From assembly GCF_009834535.1 (NCBI RefSeq), contig NC_045697.1, positions 37,822,001 to 37,886,000 on the forward strand: DNA of 64,000 bases, given 5' to 3'. Positions 1 through 12,375 of the stretch are shown here, in pieces. Position numbers and translations under genes: made by a program. The first letter of the stretch is position 1; each line of letters opens with the position of its first letter. The DNA comes from Camelus ferus (lineage: Eukaryota). The notes beneath the pieces were generated by a model. It saw only the letters and a list, made by a program, of their open reading frames with translations, was not told the DNA's origin and did not search any database.

Positions 1-155
1 GATTGTTCCCTAGAGCCTTCAGAGGGAGCAAGGCCCCTGCCAATACCTTGCTTTCAGACTTCGCGGCCTCCAGAACTGTGAGACAGTAAATGCCCATAGT
101 TTCAAACCGCCCGGTTTGTGGTAATTTGTTATGACAGCCCCAGGAAACTAATACA
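1..155 (+). mobile_element. MaLR MLT1 (MLT1C/D-like) LTR, 3' end, truncated by window edge
   Basis: GGCCTCCAGAACTGTGAGA...TTTGTGGTAATTTGTTATGACAGCCCCAGGAAACTAATACA matches the MLT1 3' terminus. Confidence 0.85.
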
Positions 156-304
156 CCAGCCGTGGTGCCTTTGCCCCAGCACCATTAGAGAGCGGGAAAC
201 TGCCGGGCATGGGGAATCAACTGAAGCTACACCAGCAAAGTAGATAATCGAGTCGTAATTTCATGAAATTGACCACTAACAATTTGGGAAGAGGGACTTA
301 GGTG

Positions 305-545
305 GGGGTTTAAAGTTGAGACTTTGGTATCAGGAAGTCTGGATTGGGTCTTAACTCTATCATGTATCTTGTTCAAGTTACTAAACTCTAAGCCTCAGCT
401 TTTCATAGGTAAAGTGAGGGCTGACCTCATAAGGCAGTGCTGAGATTCAGAGGGGAAACGTCCGTGTAGAGCACAGCACATGCCCATCCCACAGTAAGCC
501 CCCACTAGAGGGTGGCTGCTGCGATCATTAGGGTATTATTATTAC
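305..545 (+). mobile_element. MIR SINE
   Basis: Degenerate core CAAGTTACTAAACTCTAAGCCTCAGCTTTTCAT, followed by ACCTCATAAGG. Confidence 0.7.
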
Positions 546-832
546 TCCCCCCGTCTTCAGAAACATTTCCTATCCTTGAAGGAAGGAATGAGTGCTTATA
601 CTCACATGTGCTTTCAGAATCTATTCCTCTCCTGTCCGTTGCTCAGCTACTACTCAGCAGGACCGGTCTATAAACTACAAGCAATAAATGTTCACCAGCT
701 CTGAATGAGACAGCCTCGTCATGCTCACGGTGAGCCCAGACCCCCGAAAAACATATTTTTAAACAATTTCTTGCCTGTCTTAAGATATAAATAGTTTACA
801 AAAAGATGGGTTTTAAGGACGATCATATTTTT

Positions 833-1240
833 AACAGCAGTATTTACTGAAAGCTCAACATATGCCAGGCACTTCCCAAAGGTCCCCTCACTTAGACCTT
901 ACAACCACTCTGCAAATTAGGCTGTAATCATCTGGTTCTACAGATGAGAAGAGACCCAGAGAAACTTCTTAGGACTCCAGACTGACTCCAAATTAAAGTA
1001 GGGAATACAAGCAGTACTGGAGAAGGAGTAGGGGAGGCAGAAACGTGGCTGTGAACACTACTCTTTCCAAAAGGCAGAACGAAGCACAGACTGGAGAGCC
1101 ATCGGGAGGGCTGCCTGGGTTCTAGGCTGGCTCCACCCTCACCCCGCTGAGTGAGGCACTGTTTCTCTCTGGGCCTCAGTTTCCCTACCTGGGAAGCAAG
1201 GAACATGAACTAGATTATCTCTAACAGCACGTTCAGCTGT
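833..1240. mobile_element. Two MIR-family fragments (minus ~833-965; plus MIR3-like ~1090-1240)
   Basis: TATGCCAGGCACT...TACAGATGAGAAGA; CTCTCTGGGCCTCAGTTTCCCTACCTG...AACTAGATTATCTCTAA. Confidence 0.65.
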
Positions 1241-1894
1241 TACACAACATCCAGGTTTTTTTTTAAAAAATCAAAATTATGAAATTAAAATTTTCTGATA
1301 CGCGGCGTCATGAATCTTAAGCAATATTTTCCGAAGCAATGCGACGTGGAAGAAAGATGAAAGATGCTGAGGCTGAAGTTTCCCAAACAAGTTCGTGAGA
1401 TTTACAATTAGGGATTGTCATCTTAGTTTCCCTAACACTGATCCTACCTCTTTATTTCTGTAGTTAGCTCATATCAAAACAAAAGCTGGGGCCTTTTTCA
1501 CTAAAATTATATTTTTTCTTCTCTTTTTGTAGGAAAGTCTGAGTAATAGCAAAAAAACAAAAATAATAATGCTTCCCATTTAAATAGTATCTTTGATCTC
1601 AGGCCTTCCTGTATGGTATTTTTATAAGCCCTGTGTGTTATTATTTTTTTTTTGGTAGGTCACATTGAAGTACTCGGATGTCTAGACCACTGATACTATG
1701 CGAGCTCTTCAAAGTAACACAATGCCATTTAATAATAAACTCAGCTTTTTCTTCAGTTGTACCTTGCATCCAGGAAGTGCTGAACCGTTTCGTTTTAAAT
1801 GATGTTTCAGCACCCTGTGTATTTTATAGGTAGAAAAACTGTATTTTATAGGCAGTTTTCTAAAGAAGAATCCAGATATTTGTGATGTTTATTA

Positions 1895-2120
1895 GTAATA
1901 GTAGCAAGCATTTATTGGGTGTCTATTCTGTTCTGGGCATCGTTCCAAGTGCCTTACAGATGTTAACTCATTTAAGCCTCACAACACTATGACAGAGGTT
2001 ACCACATCTCTATCCTACAGATAAGGAAACTAAGGCGCAGGGAAGAGAGCAAGCTGGCTCAGGAGCTGACCGCTAGTCACTCCCAAAGCTGAGGCTCACC
2101 TCTAGAGCCCACAACATCAC
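1895..2120 (-). mobile_element. MIR SINE
   Basis: GCATTTATTGGGTG...AACTCATTTAAGCCTCACAACA...ACAGATAAGGAAACTAAGGCGCAG. Confidence 0.8.
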
Positions 2121-2419
2121 CTCCACCTTCACGTGGGGAGACTGAGGCTCATCAAAGTTTAGTCCCCCACGCATGTGCAAACAAATTCCACACACTCACT
2201 TCCCCATAGTAACATTCCATCAGCTGGCCCACTCCAGAAGGAAGTAAACAGCTCTATGTCATCACTGACTGGCTCCAGCAACTTGCATGGGTCTTAATCT
2301 CTGGTGAGTACTGTGCTGAAGATTCCACTAGACCACATTAACCTTTTGTATCTAATAGTATCTTCAGCTGTCAGATACTTGATCCTTACGTCTCATTAAA
2401 ATACACAGCAAGAAAGAGC

Positions 2420-2543
2420 AAAGTGTATGCTAGTCTTTATTTCAGAGCAGATTGAGTTTTACATCAAATATTTCATCTTCTTCCAATTTATAATCCAATC
2501 ACTTCTAAATCCCCATTATTATTTTCATTGGTCTGTTCATGCA
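2420..2543 (-). other. Candidate terminal exon with poly(A) signal
   Basis: Minus strand: acceptor gttaatttcttgcag; AATAAA at 2441-2436, followed by a U/GU-rich tract (tttgctctttcttgctgtgtatttt); one frame reads xHEQTNENNNGDLEVIGL*. Motif evidence only. Confidence 0.25.
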
Positions 2544-4429
2544 CTGCAAGAAATTAACAATAACAGCAACCAAAAAAACCACCTGGAAAAAAAACCTTCA
2601 GGATTGGGCCAAATCCATTCTGAACTACTTATGGCTATTTTTTATTCCTTGGATTATTCTAGGTCACATTGGTTAAAATTGCTATCATCTGCAAAACATT
2701 TTAAATCCCTTGACTCAGAAGCACACTCGTCAAACTTGAATTTTAGTGAGTTATTTTACCAGACATTACCTTCCTCCTACGATGTCAACTCTAGCTCAGG
2801 GAAACAGACTTCTTTTCTCCCCCAGAGGAAGGTGGGATGACCTCTGAAGCTGATGTAACTGCCACTAAGGAGCAGTGATAATGACCGCTCTATAAATACT
2901 CTTTATGAAACTTGTAAGGACACAGAGTTTAGCAGCAAAGCAAGCTTCTGGATTATTGAATTATTTTAAATTTGTTTGATAATCTATTTCTTTACACCTT
3001 GCTCCAGCAAGGAGTCAAAACTCATCCTTTTTTTTTTAAGGTATGCTGCTTAAGAATTTTTATCTTCCAAGTGACTGATTTATTCATAGCTGTAGGTAAT
3101 GCTTTCCTCATTTTTCTGACAATCCTCCACTCCTGTGGCAGGTAAGATCTTAGATCAAAAAAAATAGGAATGATCCTCTCAACAGAATCCTTCTCCAACT
3201 CCCCCTCCCCTCCACCAATTTCCTAGGGACCTCTTTAAAGGAGTCCAGAAATTAAATTTAGAACCATCAGGCATAAGCACAAAAAGACAAAAAAAAAAAA
3301 AAAAAAGAGGTTATTTAGTGTGTGGAAATTGGCTTTATCTCTCATGCATTTGCTTCTATTACTAAGGAATCCATGAGGCCCACCTTCTCCCCATCTGCCA
3401 AAAGGGCTGACATCAGTTTGAGGCATTCATAGTTATCAAGGGGTGTGAGTGGAGGAGGGGCGCATGGGAGGCGGGGGACAGGCAGACTTGCAGAGCCCGG
3501 CCATGTCATAAGCATTCTTTCCAAAGGAAACCAGGCAAAAAGGCTGATAAACCCCAATCTCTTTTCACAGCTTGCTTTCGGAGCCCCTTAATGCAACTCC
3601 CTCATTTGTTCATCAGCACTTTATGAGAAAATAAACAAAAACATGGTCTGTTTCCTCACTGTCAGCACATCAGACCACTTCCTGCTCAGAGAGGCCACCA
3701 TCCCCCCCTAAGAGTCAGGGGTCCACTCTATTTTGCCTCAACTTTTGAACAGCTCATTTTCTAAGCTGAATTCCAAGGACCTAATCAAATCCGAAACCCC
3801 CTCTGGATAGATCAGATGCCCCAGATTCCAACACTCTACAGGACAGGAGGAGCTCTAGAAGGATCAGTGGGCGAGCTACCGTGAAACCACAGAGGTTGCT
3901 TCCTTTTTCGCCATTCGTATTTTCCTTTAAAAAAAAAAAAAGTGGGCTGAGGAAAAGGAGAAACACTTAAAATAATTAGCTTTTCACCAAATCACCAGTT
4001 CTAAAAGGGACCGTAAATTCTATAACTGTTGTAACATTCTCAAATCAATTCAGTCCTTCCATATTTTTCACTAAATCTGACTAGAAAAAAAAGCAAGCAG
4101 GCAAGAAAGGAAAGGAAGGGAAGGGGAGAATAGGGGAGGGGAGGGGAGGCAAAGTCATGGCAAATATAAGAGATGAAGGGTTATGACGCCTATGTTTAAA
4201 TTCCCAACTAGCTCAACGGTGCCCTGAGACAGTCCTAGTGTTGGTATCTCCCTTTTGAAAAGACATGAACATCTGAAGAGGAAAAGCATGTTCAGAGAGT
4301 CTAGCTGGAGGATGCAGCCAAGACTTTGGATGGATGCCGGCATGTGTCAGTGGCTTGGAGGTGTGGCGGGTGCCCACTGTGCCAAATTTTAGGAGTCTGG
4401 CGTGTAAAATACATAAATAGTACGGAGCT

Positions 4430-4630
4430 GCAGTTCAGGGCACAGGCTCCAAAGCCTAGTCTGTTGGGTTCACAGCGTAACCCCATCATATGCTATCTCT
4501 GAGCACTGAGATGAGTTCCTTAAACTCATTAAGCCTCCACGTCTGCTTCACAGGGTGATTATGACAACTAAGTGAGGCGGTGTGTGGAAAAAGCAGAGGC
4601 CTGAGCCATTGGGCTCAAGAAATGTTTACT
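4430..4630 (+). mobile_element. MIR SINE
   Basis: GGCTCCAAAGCCTAGTCTGTTGGGTTCA...TAAGCCTCCAC...CACAGGGTGATT...AAATGTT. Confidence 0.6.
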
Positions 4631-6337
4631 GTTAAATATCAGATGACATTTGTGAATTCCAACATTTCTTACACTGTGCAGATTATAAGCATAATCCTAA
4701 GGGGCTGTTTTTCTCTTTAAAAAAGAAAATATAACACAGTGGAAACTAACTGGAACACATTTGCTAAGGAGTAGAATTCAGTATAAGCTGCATCTATCTT
4801 AGAACCCATGCAATAGGGGCTTTCATATTACAAAACAAAGATCTCGTTTAGAAACAAAGCAAACTCCTGGTGTGAGCCTGGGGCCCTAACATACTTTGGA
4901 AACAAAATCCTAGGGAAATAAGTGAACACTGCCATTGACTGTGTAATCATATGATCTTGGACAAGGCACTTAACCTCTCTCCATGTTCTCATCTTAAAAA
5001 GAAAAAAAAAGAAAATGAGCTGGACGAAAAGATATCAAGGACTCCTGAGAGGTCTCATTTCATCCTAACGTTCTGTAATTCTGCTTAATACTGTGTACTG
5101 TATGAAGCAGAATAAAACTAGATAATGAGAGGAACAGCCCCCAGGCTAGCACAGCCTAGGATGGACAACTTAGCACTAATATCATTTAGACACCCGTGAA
5201 CATGCTGTTGTGGAAAGTCTTAGTCTTGTCTCCCCAGTTAGATTAAAAACTCTGAAGACAGAGATCGTCCATCATTATTCTTAGTCCTGTTTGCCCTCTG
5301 CTCAGCATTTTCCACACAGGAGCCATCAGGAATGTGCATAAGTAGAGCCCAATTCCATAATCCACTCATGTTATGACGTCAGAGTCATGCTGGGTACTTG
5401 TTGCTCAGTCACAGCAACTGAACCCAAAACAAGCATCAAAAAGAAGAACCAGCCACGTGACTCAATAAATCATATTTCAACCCTTTCATTTATGCCTGAG
5501 TATTTATTTAACAACTATGACGGACCAGGCACTGTGCTAGACGTTAGGGACGCTCTCCATCCCCACCATAACCCTGAAGGTTCTCACACAGGCAATATGT
5601 AAGTCACAGATGTATACCAATGGAGCATAACTAGAAACTGAACTGGGTCAACATGTTTTTTTCTCCCAAACTATGCCTCTCCTTCGGGATGAAGGGGTGT
5701 CCCAGTTCCTTCCTAGAGATTCATCAGTATTTACCAAGTCAAAAGGTGTGGTGTTACTAAGTTTAAAGAAAAACAAGATGCATTTATAGGGCTGTGTATG
5801 GGCCTAAAACTTAGTGTTTATCAACAATATTTTGACCTTTCTGAAAGCGGAAATATTATACTGCAGACTGGTGACTCTTACTCCTAGAACTTAGCCTTCT
5901 GAACTTAGCATTTCCTGCTGCTGTGTTTCAGGTCTTAAGTACGTCAGCAAAATACTCTGTGGTCTGTAGATTATCTGTAAACCAACTGACAGGTATCCAA
6001 TGCAGACCTTGCGAGGACATTTCTTCACCCCTATCGCTGCCCTCAGATGATGCTGTGAAAAGTAAAAGTTCATCAGATGCTGACCGGGTTCACGCTAGAC
6101 CTGCACTGTGAATTCCTAAGGCTGAAAGGCCCTTTGCGATTTATCATTCCTCCTGCTTATCAGCCATGGAGTGACTCTCCTCCATTTAAGTAGCAGCCGG
6201 CTTCCCTCCTATGGCCCCTGTCCCTGTTGCCAAGGTTCTCTAAATGCTAATCAGGAGATAGAGAACACTCTGTGGTCTTGTAAAGTGCTCACCCAGCAAT
6301 TTGGCAACAACAGAGTGTAAACATCATGCCTGGATAC

Positions 6338-6390
6338 CTGCATTTGTTGGTCAAGGATCAATGCAGAAATGACCACCACAGAGGCTGTGT
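6338..6390 (-). other. Weak candidate internal exon (53 nt)
   Basis: Acceptor ttctgtttctctttgtggtggcag, donor CAG|gtatcc; motif evidence only. Confidence 0.12.
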
Positions 6391-6810
6391 CTGCCACCAC
6401 AAAGAGAAACAGAATATTCAGATATCTTTCTAGAAGCTTCAGATACATTGAAATAATACTAGTAAAACCAATACACTTCTATCAATGGTTATTTGTGGCA
6501 AGAAAAAAAGGAGAGGGGATTGAAATTTATAAAGCTCACAAACTTAAGGCTAATATATAGAGACATAACCTGGTTCTATGAAAAATATTTGAGAAAGGAA
6601 TATGTGAACGTTTCCAAACAATGTGAATAATGGCCTCTGGATGCTTAGTTAGCAAATAAGAGAACCAGCAACAGTCTGACAGTTGTTGTGGTTTCCTGGA
6701 CAGAAAAATCGGCTTGGAATTGAGAAGTCTTTGTTTGATCCAGTAAATGTTTATTGAGAGCATTCCCAGATTCACCACAAATACAATGAATGAACATTAT
6801 AAAGTCATAC

Positions 6811-6882
6811 CTCCTCCCTAAAGTCTTCAGTGAAAGGATCCGGGTTGAATGGGGTTTTTTAAGGCTCTGAGTCATCAGCAGT
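6811..6882 (-). other. Weak candidate internal exon (72 nt, open in phase 2-2)
   Basis: Acceptor cttgtgtacttcttgtaaag, donor GAG|gtatga; motif evidence only. Confidence 0.12.
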
Positions 6883-9465
6883 CTTTACAAGAAGTACACA
6901 AGATAATCAACCAATAGATTATTTCACTTGAAAGCTAAAAAAGAATTCTGTGTGATGACTTCTTTTAAAAATCACCTGCAAGTTTTAGATCTATCCAGAG
7001 TATCACAGAATCTCAGAGTTGGAAGCATGCTCAAGAGGTCACAAAATGAAGTAACACTTGGCAAATATCCATCTATAAGCAAATCCACCTAGACAGAACA
7101 ATTAATGCTCAGCATTAATCAAGCGGGGAATCATAAGGGGCCTGAAAGTGCACAGAAATCGAGATGAGATGGTTCCCAGAAGGAAACAACAAAGATAAGA
7201 TGCTGAGCCAGGATTACAGAATCAAAGTTAACCTCAAAACCAGCAAAGAAATATGTCCTCTAGGGAATGCCTGAAATTTCAATTCAGCATAACTTCCTTT
7301 GAATTTTTATTCATTAATGTCAAGCCTGGTTTTAATATTAATTGCAGAGGGTCAAGTTCAGACCCAAAAAGCACAGGCGTGCAAGTAGATACAACCTGAT
7401 GTGTTTATCTTTTCAGCACACACTTTCTGCTGCAGGCGTGTGCCAGATGGAGCGGCAGCTGTAGGAAGTTGTTTATCTACCCTCTTGACCTCTGTGAAGT
7501 GTTAGGAGATGGTAAATATCATGTTTTTAAATTATAGGCGTCTTCTTTCAAACCAGTATCTTCTTAGTATCAGTCAAAACACATCAATAAAGGCAGAAGA
7601 AGGTCAAGAAGATCTGATTGTGTCCCAATGATAGCTGTAAAAACATACTTCTGCAGTGAGGGCTCTTGCTTATTTCCAAGTTCACTTCATTCACTCAACA
7701 TTCAGTAAATACTCACTGCACTCCTACTATGTGCAAGGCACAATTCAAAACCTGCAAATCAAATGAATTCTAACACCTGTGCTATCTGTGTCTTGCCTGG
7801 TTTGTTACAAACATCATCTGTACTTTGCAAATTTACCCTTTAAATTTTTCAAAATCTATTGACATTCCAAGGGGGAATGATGGTTCCAAATCTTTATGTG
7901 TACTTATTAAGAAAACATCATTTGGGGGTTCATAGCCTAATGTAAAGATTTCAGAGGCAAATGCCACATTGTTCTTATAGAGAAGAGAGCTCTGGCCAAG
8001 CTTCAGGGCCACACAGCTTCTGTACTGATGGGTCACCACTCAGGTCTGGAGGGATTACGCTAAATGCAAGTGGGATTGATCTATCAAGCTAATCACTCAC
8101 GAGTAATAATAACAATGTCATTAGCTAAGTTTCCAAAACAACCTAGTTCCTGCTTGAAAGTCAATCCCTCAGAAGCATGCAAGGACTTAACTTTTGTTAT
8201 GACATTTAAGTCAAGTCACAGAAGTTCCGTTGGTCTTTCTCTGTCAACGTCAACGTCCTTTCAGGAAACCAGCATGGTGATATCAAAAAATAAAGGGAAA
8301 CAAATCAGTCTCCAAAGAGAAAGACACAAAAGATAATTATTTTTAAGAAACCCAGTTAGTTCCTCACTTTGATCAAGGAATAACTAGAAAATACTATATT
8401 GTTATCCTCCAAAAGGTCAGTTTGAAACCAAAATCAAAATGTATTCTCATACATTTTTGAATCATGTTTATTGATTTGCCAAAATTCTCCTAACCTGACA
8501 CGATATACATAAACTTGGATATTCACATTAAACTATATTTAGACATATTTAGACATATTTAATATGTGCATATAATTCAAGTATATAGTCACTGAAGAAT
8601 TCTTTGGGACTCTAAATGAGAGAGCTGACACAAAAATTTATTTCTCCTTGAGATGTGTGCACATTCCTGTGTGCACACGCGTGTGTGTGTGTGCTGGCAA
8701 GGACTGACAGATATGAGCCTTCCTTCAAGGAGCTCTTCATCTAGTAGTTGCACTTTAGAGCTGACTCACTTGACATGACTTTCTCTGGTAACCTCTGTTT
8801 ATATAGGAAAAGGCCATTCATTCCTAGAGCAGTGATATGGCATACGATGTTGAATTTTCAGCTTCTGCAACTGGCTGTCTTGTTTTCCATTCAACATGTA
8901 ACCTGAAATTAGTCTTATACTTTTTGTGCCTCAACTTGCTATCATATCAACTTGCCTTAGAGAGATGACCGATGTCTTGCAAAACAACAATTTTCAAGCG
9001 TTCTGTTGCAACAACAACCTGTTGGACTGGTTTTCCACTTGGGCACTTTGTAGAGACTTAGTCTGAGGGAATGACTGTGGTAGGACTAAAAGAAACATGA
9101 AAAAATACTCTGAAAATACTTTCAGATGCCAAAGAATGAGACAATCATCCAATCATTCAATAAATATGACCTAGATATCTACTTGTTGTTAGCTGTTGTG
9201 ACAGAAAATTGCTTCCAAATGTCCTCCTCACTCACTTCAGAGTCACAGTGAATCATGATGACCAAATCTTGGCCATGGTCTTAGGAAAATAGCCTAAATC
9301 TCTGCCCTGAGAAATTTCTGCTAGGATTTCTATGAGTGTGTTGATAGGGAAAATGTTGAGTGTTACCGAAGGTAAAAATATGTGTATTACTGGAGTGATA
9401 TATGGACTTTTCATTTGGTGCGATGTACATAACTATGGTGTGATTTTAGAAAAAAGCGAATGGTC

Positions 9466-10512
9466 ACTATGACAACAAAAGCACAGACAATAAAAGAAAA
9501 CATTGATAAACTGGACTACATCAAAAGTTCAAACATCTATGCCGAAAGACACAATCAACAGTGGTAAGTCAAGCCGTAGAATGGAAGAAAATATTTACAA
9601 ACCACAGATCTGATAAGAGATGAATATCTAGAATATATAAATAAATCCTACAACTCAATAACAAAAAACAAACATCCTGATTTTAAAACGGGCAAAGGAT
9701 TTTAGACATTCCTCCAAAGAAGATGTACAAATGGCCAATAAGCATGTGGAAAGATGCTCAGTCTCACTAATCATGAGAGAAGCACAAATGAAAACCACCC
9801 TGAGATACCACTTCATACCCATTAGGATATCTACTACCACATAAACAGAAAATAACAAGTTTTGAAAAAGATGTGGAGAAACTAGAATCTTAGTGCACTG
9901 TTGGTGGAAAGGTAAAGTGGTTCATCCACTATGGAAAAGAGTAAGGTGGTTTTTCAAAAAAATTAAAAATAGAACCACCATATGATCCAGCAATTCTACT
10001 TATGGGTATATATCCAAAAGAATTGAGAGCAGAGCTTCAAAGCAATATTTACATACCCACAGTCATAGCAGCATTATGAACAACAGCCAAAAGGTAGAAG
10101 AAGTAATACAAATGGAAGAATGGATAAATAAAATGTGGTATATACATACAATAGAATTTAGACTTAAAAAAGGAAGGAAATTCTGACACATGCTATAATA
10201 CGGATGAATCTTGGGGACATTATGCCAAGTGAAATACACCAATCACAAAAGACAAATACTGTATGATTCTACTTTTATGAGGTATCTAAACTAGTCAAAG
10301 TCATAAAGACAGAAAGTAGAATGGTGGTTTCCAGGAGCTAGGGAGAGAGGGAAATAGGAAGTTGTTTAATAGGTACAGTTTTGCAAGATTAAAAGAGTTC
10401 TGGAGATCTGTTTCACAATGATGTGAATATATTTAACATGATTGAACTGTACACTTAAAAATGGTTAAGATGGTAAATTTTATGTTACATGTATTTTACC
10501 ACAATTAAAAAT
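9466..10512 (+). mobile_element. L1 (L1MB-like) 3' ORF2 remnant and 3' UTR
   Basis: GATAAACTGGACTACATCAAAA, TGAGATACCACTTCATACCCATTAGGAT, CATATGATCCAGCAATTCTACT; ends TTAAGATGGTAAATTTTATGTTA...TACCACAATTAAAAA. Confidence 0.92.
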
Positions 10513-10764
10513 AGTAATAATAACAATAATAATAATAGTAAATGAACGATCTCAATGCAATTTTAGGAAGTTTATTTCTTTAAATACTGTTCTCAATGTT
10601 TTAAAAAATCTACTATATATCAGTTGGAGTCAACAAACAGCCATCAGCCCAAAGGGAACATGGAATCTAAAATCTAAGACAAAGTCAGCAAGCATCTCTC
10701 CTCACAATTGATAGTAGTAAAAATAACATACAACAGAAGGGATTTGGGCACAGTTGGTAATTAA

Positions 10765-11247
10765 ATTAGTTATGGTTCACCAGAGAGAGAAAACCAATAG
10801 GCTATATAGAGGGAGATTTATTTCACGAAGTTGGCTCATAATTGGCTCATAGCTGTGGAGCTGGTATTCTGAAATCTGTAGGGCAGGCTACAGGCAGGAA
10901 ATTCTGGCAAGAGTTGATGTTGCAGTCTTGAGTCCAAAAGCTAGAAACTCAGGCAGAGTTTCTATGTTACAGTCTGGAAGCAGAATTCCTTCCTCTTTAG
11001 GGGACCTCCATCCCTTCAACTGATTAGATGAGGCCCACCACATTATGGAGGATAATCTGCTTTACTTAAAGTCTACTGATATAAAACTATTAATCTCTTT
11101 TAAATAAGAATAATCTCATTTAATGAGCTAAAATTTAATGTTAATCTCATCTAAAAAATACCTTAACAGCAACTACTAGACTGGAAGTAGACCAGACAAC
11201 TGGTAACTGTAACCTAGCTAAACTGACAAATAAAATTAACCATCACA
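10765..11247 (-). mobile_element. ERVL MLT2 (MLT2D-like) solo LTR
   Basis: Ends AAAATTAACCATCACA (reverse complement of TGTGATGGTTAATTTT); GATGAGGCCCACCACATTATGGAGGATAATCTGCTTTACTTAAAGTCTACTGAT. Confidence 0.88.
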
Positions 11248-11299
11248 GTTAAGACACAGATTTTCTTTTAAACAAGAACATCTGTATTTGTAAGTGAAT

Positions 11300-11700
11300 T
11301 TATAATTCCAAATAATCACCTTGGGAAGTTATACACTTATTCTGTTAATGCTTTCTTTGTCCTCTTTTGAATAGTCTCTATCTGTACCAGGCATAGAGCC
11401 AGACCCAAAGCAAAAAAGAAAATCAATCTTTTTGTTTATAGTAACTTTTAAAAATAGCCAACATGCCATTATTCTGTTTATTTAATTAATTCATTAAGAT
11501 AACTTTTCTCCAAAGATTTAAAAGTCAAACTTACTTTCAAAGTTGAAAATTTACCACCTTTGAGAATTTTTAAAAGCATGTGTCACTAGAAACCATTGCA
11601 CACATGGCATTTCAAAAACTGATTCAAATATCAGCATCACTGGATTTAGTGTAACACTCTCAGAGTGTTACACTCTCCAAAGGCTATCGTCACTCTTCCA
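11300..11700. mobile_element. Ancient mariner-type non-autonomous element (MARNA-like)
   Basis: Left arm AATCACCTTGGGAAGTTATACACTTATTC is the inverse of the degenerate right arm CATCACTGGATTTAGTGTAACACTCTC; resembles recalled MARNA ends. Confidence 0.45.
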
Positions 11701-11854
11701 GATGTATAAGCTCTGGTTATTCACAGTTAAACCTTTGAGCTAAACTGTTACTATGAAGTTGTAATATTGGAAATTGTGACATGAAGTAATATCATAATAA
11801 CAAATATAAAAGATCTCAATCACCTTGTTCATGAGAGGGAAAACTACCTATAGG

Positions 11855-12375
11855 AATTTGATTAAATAAATTATAGCACTAATTTAAACTGGATAGAATA
11901 CTGTGCGGCTGTCTATAATGCCATAGGCAGGGACAGGAAATGCATAGATAATATTCAGGCAGAGAAACTCCTAAAATTTGTATGCAACTTTTGTATGCAT
12001 GTTCACTTTTCTAGGGTAGGACAGCCTAACTTTCATACAATGTGTTAAAACCCAAAAAAAGTTTGGAAACACTGTAGCAGAAGAATATTTAATGCAATGG
12101 AAAAATGTTCGAGTTATACTGCTAAGTGAAAAAGCAAAATATTAAAGATCTTGTATAGTGTGCTGTACTTAAAATATTTTTATGTATGCTTAGTAAGTAA
12201 TAATGATAAAACACATACACCAAAATGTTGGTAGGAATCATCTCTGAATTGTGGGATTATGTATGAATAATTTTTTCACTGTTGTCTTATTTTGTTTTGC
12301 TTTTGGTTTGTCTGTATTTTCTCAATTTTCTACAATGATATGTATTGCTTTTACAAAGAAAAAAAATAAAAATTT
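11855..12375 (+). mobile_element. Old L1ME-type 3' end, interrupted by a small DNA-element fragment (~11960-12075)
   Basis: GCTAAGTGAAAAAGC...ACACCAAAATGTTG...TTTTCTACAATGATATGTATTGCTTTTAC plus A-tail. Confidence 0.65.

Noticed and set aside
2427..2840. 137-aa plus-strand ORF
   Set aside because: No recognisable domain, no promoter or splice support, AT-driven composition
8536..8561. Short tandem duplications (also ~1817-1853, 13052-13081, 28814-28850, 57253-57280)
   Set aside because: Ordinary slippage duplications of 2-3 units, with no repeat-spacer organisation
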